Of a DNA stretch of 64,000 nt, positions 8,316-15,348 are shown piece after piece. Below the pieces are notes generated by a model. It searched no databases, had not been told where the DNA came from, and saw nothing but the letters and a program-made list of their open reading frames with translations. Position numbers and translations under genes: made by a program. Source of the stretch: Limisphaerales bacterium (GTDB lineage Bacteria; Verrucomicrobiota; Verrucomicrobiia; Limisphaerales; UBA11358); the NCBI GenBank assembly GCA_003134375.1, contig PLAY01000176.1, forward strand, positions 48,254 through 112,253, written 5' to 3'. Each line of letters starts with the position of its first letter. Positions within the stretch are counted from its first letter, which is position 1.

Positions 8316-9680
8316 TCATGGCGGCGTTTGGTTGCATTCGGGAAACGGGAGTGGCTCGCAAGCTGTTCGCCAGTCTTCAGGAATGGATTCACTGCCAGCA
8401 TCACAAGCCGCCACAATTCCGCCGACAATTGCCGCGTTGGTGTCGCAATCGCCACCCGCAGAAATTGCACGGCTTATCGCTTCAATGAAATTGTTGAGAT
8501 TTTGAGCGGCGCACCAAATGGCGAAAGGCACGGTATCGGGCGCAGTGACAAGCGAACCATTTCCAAGGGATTTGGCCACAACCTCAATCGGAAGTTCTGG
8601 ACTTGTTTGCGAAGCAAGAAGGAGACCCCGACGCACCTGGCTTTGCGGTGTGAAACGCAAAACTTCTTCAAATAAACGTCGGGTGCGTTCGTTTTCTGGT
8701 GCGTTGCGTAGCTGCCATGCCATAGCGGCAGCTATTGCAACAGCAATGGCACCGGCCACCCCTTCAGGATGCGTATGCGTAACCAGCGACGAGGCTCGCG
8801 CCTCTTCCACTATACGTTCCAATTCATCCGCAAAATACGCTCCAAGCGGGGCGACGCGCATGGCGCTTCCGTTGCCCATGCTGCCCTGACCGCCAAAAGC
8901 TGAAGCAGCCGTATCGCGCCAATTGGCACCGGCAATGATTTCCCGCATCTGAATGCGAGTCATGCTTCCGTAGCCACGGTCGGGCTGTCGGTCAAAGTGC
9001 CAGGTGAATCGGCGCGCAAGTGCGTCTTGATGGACGTAGCCGTATAACTTGAGCACATCCACAACTGAAATTGCCATTTCGGTGTCGTCTGTATGAAACC
9101 AAGGACCGGCTGGCAGGCCAGTGCGTATAATGTGCGGTGCTTCTGCATGACGATAAGCCAGCATTTCGCCAAGAGCGTCCCCAATCGCCAATCCTTTGAG
9201 GGAGTCGAAAACACGCTTGAGCCGTATGATATGGTCGTCTGGTTTTCTAAAAACGACTTCATCTTTTGTCATTGCGAGCAGTTCACGAGCTTTGGGAAGC
9301 CAGAGTTTGGGAATCCAATCATCACCAATTGGCCCAACACGATCCACACGCCATCCAGCAAAGCGGAGTTCATTGTGCATTGACCATGCGCGATCAGCGT
9401 TCGACGAGTGAATAATCACCGGGCATAGTGGCAAATAGCCAGCAAGGTGATTTGCAACTTCAAGCCCCGTGCCCGGATCACCTGCCACCCCTGGTTGAGG
9501 GTTTAAGTCATGGTCGAGCGAAATCAGGGCGGCATTTTCCAAATAATTTTCGCACTCCGCCAGCATGGTTGGCGCATCCTGCCAAAGTTGGATATTCCAG
9601 TTTTCGCCGAGGTTTGTGGCGACCGCGCGAAATGCAGCAACACGCTCTAGGTTGTCTTCAAGAAGAAGCAGCGTTTTCAT
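8316..9680 (-). CDS. Receiver-like (cREC-type) domain fused to ADP-ribosylglycohydrolase
   Basis: The N-terminal ~135 aa (LLLLEDNLERV...ISLDHDLNP...GTGLEVANHL...VIIHSSNADRAWSM) resemble the cyclic-phosphate-processing receiver domain. The C-terminal ARH has GLAIGDALGE and GGDCDTNAAIVGGIVAA. Confidence 0.7.
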   Translation of the reverse strand: MKTLLLLEDNLERVAAFRAVATNLGENWNIQLWQDAPTMLAECENYLENAALISLDHDLNPQPGVAGDPGTGLEVANHLAGYLPLCPVIIHSSNADRAWSMHNELRFAGWRVDRVGPIGDDWIPKLWLPKARELLAMTKDEVVFRKPDDHIIRLKRVFDSLKGLAIGDALGEMLAYRHAEAPHIIRTGLPAGPWFHTDDTEMAISVVDVLKLYGYVHQDALARRFTWHFDRQPDRGYGSMTRIQMREIIAGANWRDTAASAFGGQGSMGNGSAMRVAPLGAYFADELERIVEEARASSLVTHTHPEGVAGAIAVAIAAAMAWQLRNAPENERTRRLFEEVLRFTPQSQVRRGLLLASQTSPELPIEVVAKSLGNGSLVTAPDTVPFAIWCAAQNLNNFIEAISRAISAGGDCDTNAAIVGGIVAACDAGSESIPEDWRTACEPLPFPECNQTPP

Positions 9681-9892
9681 GTTTTAAGAAACTGCTTCAC
9701 CGCATTGGTGCGCCGATGATGTCGGACAGGAACAAATTGTTTGTTGATGCGTTGTGGATTCGAGCCAACAGCATCGGCGAAGCATACTGAACCGATTGGT
9801 TTTTCATAGGCTAGAAATAACTGCTCACAAATACGGAGCAAATGTGCAGGGCAATTGGCAAAATTAGATGAAATCCGTTTTACGCCTCATTT

Positions 9893-10249
9893 TTAATTGA
9901 GTGCCGCCTTCGTCTGCGAATCGCCGGGCTTGTTTTCCGTCACCACAATTTCCCGAATCTTCGGCTGATTCTCAGCAATGAGCGGCTGATATTTCGCCGG
10001 CAACGCCATGACGAATGACAGTTCCATCACTTGCATGGCTACTTCAATTCGCCGCAGCGCGTGACCGGAAATCAAAATCTCGTGCGTGGCAAAGACCAAA
10101 CGCAATTTTTGTTCCTTGTCCTCACTGGCGAGTTCGGCAAACGCGAATTGATCAAACGGCAGCAGCACCGATTTCGTCGCGGAAATCTCGACCCGCAGAC
10201 AGCGGGCTTGCGGGTTAGTGGTGAAACATTCGGGTGATTTGGTGCTCAT
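9893..10249 (-). CDS. Hypothetical protein downstream of relaxase; possible distant paralogue of 40737-41159
   Basis: 118-aa ORF overlapping the relaxase stop by 35 nt. It shows an LPFDQFAFAEL...LRLVF...ILISGHAL pattern. Confidence 0.5.
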   Translation of the reverse strand: MSTKSPECFTTNPQARCLRVEISATKSVLLPFDQFAFAELASEDKEQKLRLVFATHEILISGHALRRIEVAMQVMELSFVMALPAKYQPLIAENQPKIREIVVTENKPGDSQTKAALN

Positions 10250-13034
10250 GTTTTTGTCCTGGTTGAGGGTGACGACGGGATTGTTTTAACCGGCAAAACG
10301 TATCGGCGGCGTGCTGGCCGAACCGCAGGAGATAGTCATGCAGCCGGTCCCAAAGCTGGTTGCCATTGCGCGGGCGCAAGCCACCGGCAAATTCCAGCGC
10401 CAGCGGCCTGTGACCGGAGCGAATGAGATTTTCACGCAATTGAATTTTGTCCGGGGTGAAAATGCGGACGCCGCGCCGACCGCGCGAAATGGTGACATAC
10501 CATTGTTGGGCGTTGGTGGCAGGCTTGACGGTGGAATCGGAAAAAAGAACGTAATCCACCGTTTTGCCCTGTGAACCGTAGGACGTGACGGCATAGCCGG
10601 GAAGAAATTCACGAAAACTTTTGTCCAACACCCGGCCATCGGCAAGCTCAATTCCCCCGTCGGCACGGACGGACTTCACCGCGACCAACTCGCCATTGGT
10701 GACACGCGCGCCGGAGGCCAGCTTGCGATTGGCCTTGAGGTGCAGTTTGTCGCCTTGCGCGACGGGGATTTCACGCGGCAAGCAGACGGTAATTTTGTTC
10801 AGCACTTTGTTTGAAACCGTGACGCACTTGCCGTCAATCTCGACAAGAACGCTCGCTTTGCGGATGCCCACCAACTTTCCACGCATCCCCGGCCCGGCTT
10901 GGCGCACCTTCTGATTGAACACAATCACCGCATCTGGTGGATAAAATCGTTTGTCGCGTTTTTGTGCATCGGTCAAATCCATTTTGTCCAATGCTTGAAT
11001 CGTCACATCGTTTGCGCCAAGCAGCCCTTTTGATTTAAGCGCATCGCGCACCTTTGAATTGACCCGATGCACTTCCGCCCATGTCTGCGAGACCACGACG
11101 GCGGAAGCAGTTTGCTCCGCCAGCCGGACATATTCATCGGCCAGTTTGTCCGCCTGTTCACCCAGGCCGCAGGAAACGACCGCGCCCATTTTGTCGAGGC
11201 GGTCAAACGATTCAGCGAGCTTGCCCGCTGCCGCCACTTCGACGGCCTTGCGGTATTGCTTGATCTCCGAGCGTTCCTTTTGGTCACGCCCACGCGCCGG
11301 GTCTTGCCGTCGAATCGTGTGAAGCTGGACCGGCTTGACACCGGAATGCCGTTCAATGGCCAGCAGTGCATCGGACGCCTCGACCGCTCCATGCTGGCGC
11401 GTGTCGCCCGACAGAATCACCCGCGCCTTTCGCTCCCGCGCCAGCCGCAGCAATTCAAGCATCTGGCGACCGCCAATCTGTCCGGCCTCGTCCACGACGA
11501 CCACGGCACCCTCAACCAGTTCACGCTTGAGCAGAAAATTTGTCACTGTCGTCGGCGATGGAAAACCGTCTGTCTCCATCACCACGACTTGCTGGCGTTG
11601 TGGCGCGAGGACGGCCAAGCTTTTGCCGGATTGCCGGACTTGCTCGACCAGCTCGCGCAGGACGAAACTTTTTCCAGTGCCAGCGCCGCCACGAAATAGT
11701 GAAATGGCGTGGGTGGAACAGAGCAGCGCGTCCAAAGCTAGACGCTGTTCAGCATCCAATTTTGGATTTGCCGTGAATGAATTTTCCACCAGTGGCCGAC
11801 AATTTCCAACGCCGTCTTTGACGGTCTGAACGATTTCCATTTCCCGCAACAAGACTTCGCGCGTGGTTACTTCGCTCGGCCGTTCAGGATTGCGAATGTA
11901 ATCACGCTGGCGCGTGAACTCTTTGAGTTCAGTGACGGAAAGATTCTCGCCGCGCCCCCGTTCCAGTGCGTGCTGCCACAACTGGCATTCCAGCACGACC
12001 GAGTTGCGGTCAAACAGATGATCCTCGGCCCACTGGACTGCCTCCCCCACATTCACTCGGTTGCTCGTGACTTTCTCTGGCTGTTTCTGAAGCTGACGCA
12101 AGGCGGCGCGTTCGGTTTCACTCAACTGCCCATTCCACAACGCCCGTTGTTCGTCCCGGCTTAATTCCTTTTGCTTCCGCGCCCGCTCCGCTGTCGCCAG
12201 CAACCGGCGCATCGCCATCATGTCACCGCCCGCGCATTCGGGTTTTTCAGCCAGCAGTTTTTTAATGGCCTCATCAATCTGGATGCGCCGTTTGGAAAAT
12301 CGTTCGCAAATTTCATCCGAAATGCCCTCGATTTGAAAATCACCGCGCGCCTGGTTGTGAATCTCATAACCGAACCCGCGCAGCTTGCGGGCAAGTTCAT
12401 GGTAATAGAGGTTCTCGGCGAATTTCCGCGCCTGCAACAGTTCAAAATTTTGCAGAGCCTTCCAGCGATTTTCAACGGCGTCAAACGTCGCATTGAAAAC
12501 AATGCAGTGCGTATGCAAATGCGGGTCTAAAGCGCGTGAAGTATCATGCGTGAACAAGGCCGCTGTGAAATTGCCGGTGGAGCGGTCAATGTTTGACCTG
12601 CCCATCCGAACGCGCGTCGTTGCGAACGCCTCAAATTCCCGTAAAGCCGACCGGACAGCCTGTGCGTGGGCTTCCAGAATCCGTGCATCCTCACCGACAA
12701 ATGCCGCGACCGAAACCGATTTGGGGGGCGAGAAGGTGAAGTCATAAAAAATCCGGCGATTGGCGGTGTTATCTCCGGCCTCATCCATTCGCGTTGTGTT
12801 CAACCGTTGGGTTAGCGACTCGCCAGAAGCCGGATGCCGGTTTTCACAGAGGCGTAGAAACGCTTCCGCCCCGACTTTGCCGGACAAGCCCAGCCGATCC
12901 GCGCCGAGGCCCATCCATTCACCGGCCACCCGCTGCCCTTCATCATAGTAATCCCCGACGCAAAGGTGTTCCTCAAAGTATTCCTTCGCGTTCTTCAAAT
13001 TGTATTGCGTCTTGGCCGTGACCACAAAGACCAC
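10215..13034 (-). CDS. MOBF-family conjugative relaxase-helicase (TrwC/TraI-like)
   Basis: TrwC-type N-terminus (GDYY, HDTSRALDPHLHTHCIVFN His triad). Central Walker A GGAGTGKS and a C-terminal UvrD-like region. GTG start. Confidence 0.9.
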   Translation of the reverse strand: MVFVVTAKTQYNLKNAKEYFEEHLCVGDYYDEGQRVAGEWMGLGADRLGLSGKVGAEAFLRLCENRHPASGESLTQRLNTTRMDEAGDNTANRRIFYDFTFSPPKSVSVAAFVGEDARILEAHAQAVRSALREFEAFATTRVRMGRSNIDRSTGNFTAALFTHDTSRALDPHLHTHCIVFNATFDAVENRWKALQNFELLQARKFAENLYYHELARKLRGFGYEIHNQARGDFQIEGISDEICERFSKRRIQIDEAIKKLLAEKPECAGGDMMAMRRLLATAERARKQKELSRDEQRALWNGQLSETERAALRQLQKQPEKVTSNRVNVGEAVQWAEDHLFDRNSVVLECQLWQHALERGRGENLSVTELKEFTRQRDYIRNPERPSEVTTREVLLREMEIVQTVKDGVGNCRPLVENSFTANPKLDAEQRLALDALLCSTHAISLFRGGAGTGKSFVLRELVEQVRQSGKSLAVLAPQRQQVVVMETDGFPSPTTVTNFLLKRELVEGAVVVVDEAGQIGGRQMLELLRLARERKARVILSGDTRQHGAVEASDALLAIERHSGVKPVQLHTIRRQDPARGRDQKERSEIKQYRKAVEVAAAGKLAESFDRLDKMGAVVSCGLGEQADKLADEYVRLAEQTASAVVVSQTWAEVHRVNSKVRDALKSKGLLGANDVTIQALDKMDLTDAQKRDKRFYPPDAVIVFNQKVRQAGPGMRGKLVGIRKASVLVEIDGKCVTVSNKVLNKITVCLPREIPVAQGDKLHLKANRKLASGARVTNGELVAVKSVRADGGIELADGRVLDKSFREFLPGYAVTSYGSQGKTVDYVLFSDSTVKPATNAQQWYVTISRGRRGVRIFTPDKIQLRENLIRSGHRPLALEFAGGLRPRNGNQLWDRLHDYLLRFGQHAADTFCRLKQSRRHPQPGQKHEHQITRMFHH

Positions 13035-13049
13035 TGTGCCAGAACTTCG

Positions 13050-13077
13050 TTTTCATCCTGTGCGATTCCCGCACAGG
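13050..13077. promoter_or_regulatory. Palindromic box TTTTCATCCTGTGCGATTCCCGCACAGG in the divergent relaxase/13108 intergenic region
   Basis: Inverted repeat CCTGTGCG/CGCACAGG. A near-identical copy lies at 39905-39933, in front of the Clp-like gene and the T4SS operon. Confidence 0.6.
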
Positions 13078-13107
13078 ACGACCAAAAAAAACTGGTTCAC
13101 TGATGGC

Positions 13108-13614
13108 ATGGAAATGATCGAAATACCGAAGCCAAAACCTGGCAACCAGCAATGGGGGATTTACTTCACCGACCGGGAATATGCGCGTGTCATGGGCGAC
13201 CCGTTGCGCGCGGTAATTGAAGCGCCAACGAAAATCGCCGCCGAGGAAGCCGCCAGCCGACTCGGTTTGAGTGACGCCTGGGCGCATCCCGTCACACCCG
13301 AACAAGCCAAACAAATCCGGGGGCCGGCAACACGGTCTCCGGGAAAACCACACCAGACCATGCTCACACCCACCACCGCTGAATTATTCACCGCCATTGA
13401 TGTCCTCAAAAAGCTCGGCCTCCGCATCAACGAACACGCCAATCACTCGGTGACGCAATTGCCGGCCACCGAATTGGGCGAAACGTATGCCGCGCACATC
13501 AAAGACCAATCCATCGAACAAACCAGTCACATTGAAGTCGTCAAAACCCAGCTTCAAAACTGGCGTGACGAATTGCAACAGCAAAGGAGGCAGCATGTCT
13601 CGCAAACCGTTTAA
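13108..13614 (+). CDS. Hypothetical protein (possible relaxosome accessory)
   Basis: Start is set at the ATG at 13108 (MEMIEIPKPK). Divergent from the relaxase. No recognisable motif. Confidence 0.5.
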   Translation: MEMIEIPKPKPGNQQWGIYFTDREYARVMGDPLRAVIEAPTKIAAEEAASRLGLSDAWAHPVTPEQAKQIRGPATRSPGKPHQTMLTPTTAELFTAIDVLKKLGLRINEHANHSVTQLPATELGETYAAHIKDQSIEQTSHIEVVKTQLQNWRDELQQQRRQHVSQTV

Positions 13615-13830
13615 GACAGGGGCACGCGTTACCCCTTCCAAGGGGAAGGTTTCTACGCTGCGCTGGCGGTTGCGCGAAGATTGCGCCAGCGGTGCCGGAA
13701 TCAAACGCATCCGCGTTGCGTGCAAGGTTGCACCCGGTGCTGCGCCAAATGCTGCGTCATTGCTGCTTCAACGCAGCCAGTTCGCTGCTCAATCGAGTCC
13801 ATCATTGTTGCAATCATGCTGCCATTGCCA
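13615..13830 (+). promoter_or_regulatory. Candidate oriT / centromere-like region containing hairpin element copy B (13621-13660)
   Basis: GGCACGCGTTACCCCTTCCAAGGGGAAGGTTTCTACG is followed by several inverted repeats: CGCTGGCG..CGCCAGCG, GTGCAAGGTTGCAC and CTGCGT..ACGCAG. It lies between the relaxase side and the HTH/ParA genes. Confidence 0.5.
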
Positions 13831-14285
13831 TGACTAGACCTGTCATCCCGCCCGATGCGTTGGAGCGCTTCCGCAATGCTGCGGCGCAATTTGCGCTCCA
13901 TGCTACGCCGCGTGCTTCCCGGCTGCTGACAATCAAGGACGACATTGCTGCGCTCCGCAAACGCGGTGTTTCCTATCGCGCCATCAGTGAGCTGCTCACG
14001 CAGAGCGGCATTGCTGCCTCGGATACTTGCGTGATGCGCTTCTGTCACCGCGTCTTCAAGAAAAGGCCACCACGCCAACCATCCGTTGCGCGAACCGCTG
14101 CGCCAGCCGACAACCATGATGCTGCGCCCAAAAGTGCGCCGGACACGGCCAGCAAAGCTGCGTTGCCGGCTGCGCCGGTTCTCACCAGCAACATTCCGCC
14201 CGCACCGACCGAAAGCAATCCGTTCCGGTCACGCGGCCCGCACATCGCCAAAGTTGAACTTCTAAAACCTGATGAACAAATATGA
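13830..14285 (+). CDS. HTH protein with C-terminal SRGPHIA motif, translationally coupled to ParA (possible centromere-binding or relaxosome accessory protein)
   Basis: Start at the ATG at 13830 (MTRPVIPPD). Paralogue of 598-1110. Its stop overlaps the parA start (ATGA at 14282). Confidence 0.7.
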   Translation: MTRPVIPPDALERFRNAAAQFALHATPRASRLLTIKDDIAALRKRGVSYRAISELLTQSGIAASDTCVMRFCHRVFKKRPPRQPSVARTAAPADNHDAAPKSAPDTASKAALPAAPVLTSNIPPAPTESNPFRSRGPHIAKVELLKPDEQI

Positions 14286-14980
14286 CTAAACGACTCGACC
14301 TCATTCTGAATGGCAAGGGCGGTGTCGGCAAAAGTTTCTTTGCCGTCAACCTCGTCCAATACCTTAAAGACAAAAAAATCCAGTTTGTCGCCTGCGACTG
14401 CGATAACGAAAACTCGACCTTAAAACGGTTTCACGGTGAAGTTGAATTTTTGGAACTGGCCCATCCGCGCGGGCTGGACCCGATGATTCGCGCGCTGGAA
14501 AAATTCGATCTCGTCGTCGTGGATTGCCGCGCGGCGTCAACGGAAGTGTTCTTCAACTATTTCGACGAAATCAATCTGCCGGAGACGTTGCAAAAATTGT
14601 CCGCCGCGCTCACGGTTGTCATGCCCGTAAATCAGGAGGCCGACAGCATTGACCAGCTTCAGCGCATCGTCGGCAAACTGAAAAAAAGCTGCTCCTATGT
14701 CGTTCTGCGTAACGCGGTTCACAACAACAATTTCGTCCTCTACGACCAGTCCGTCATCCATGACAAGCTGCAAAAGGAACTCGGCGCGAAGGAAATCACG
14801 ATGGCCAAATTGCAGCCGTGGCTGGTCGAGGAATTGAGCCACAAAAACCTGACCATCACCGCCGCCCTGACCGATGGCCGCTTTTATCTGCTGGATCGCC
14901 AGCGTCTGCAAACATGGCAGCGGAAACTTTACGCCGAAATCGAGTCGGCGGCGGACTTATTATTACCCGCAAAATCATGA
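14282..14980 (+). CDS. parA: ParA/MinD-family ATPase (conjugative TraL/ParA-like)
   Basis: Deviant Walker A motif LNGKGGVGKSF. Confidence 0.85.
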   Translation: MTKRLDLILNGKGGVGKSFFAVNLVQYLKDKKIQFVACDCDNENSTLKRFHGEVEFLELAHPRGLDPMIRALEKFDLVVVDCRAASTEVFFNYFDEINLPETLQKLSAALTVVMPVNQEADSIDQLQRIVGKLKKSCSYVVLRNAVHNNNFVLYDQSVIHDKLQKELGAKEITMAKLQPWLVEELSHKNLTITAALTDGRFYLLDRQRLQTWQRKLYAEIESAADLLLPAKS

Positions 14981-15348
14981 GCGCGCCCGACCAATCACCG
15001 CCGCCCGACTTCGACGAGGAGTTTCTGGAGGCCGTCAAGCAATGGCGTGAGCGGAACAAGGTGAGCAGCGATGACGTGGTTCTGTTGCTCCTGGATTTGT
15101 TTCGGATTCACCAAAACCATTGGGATGCGCTGCGTCGCCGTCAGATGCCTTCGCTGGATATGTTTCGCACCGACATCGGATTGATAGGCGCAGCGGTAAA
15201 AACCTTTAAGGAGCAAACCACGGCTCTGATCGAGGCGCTCAAACAAACTCCAGCCGTCACTCAAGCCAGAACCATTTCCTTGGACACGGCTATTATAGCC
15301 GTCATCGCCGCCATGCTCGCGGGTTTTCTCATCGCAAAGGCTTTATGA
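14977..15348 (+). CDS. Hypothetical protein with C-terminal TM helix
   Basis: ATGA overlaps with both neighbouring genes. Start at MSAPDQSPPP. C-terminus is AIIAVIAAMLAGFLIAKAL. Confidence 0.55.
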   Translation: MSAPDQSPPPDFDEEFLEAVKQWRERNKVSSDDVVLLLLDLFRIHQNHWDALRRRQMPSLDMFRTDIGLIGAAVKTFKEQTTALIEALKQTPAVTQARTISLDTAIIAVIAAMLAGFLIAKAL

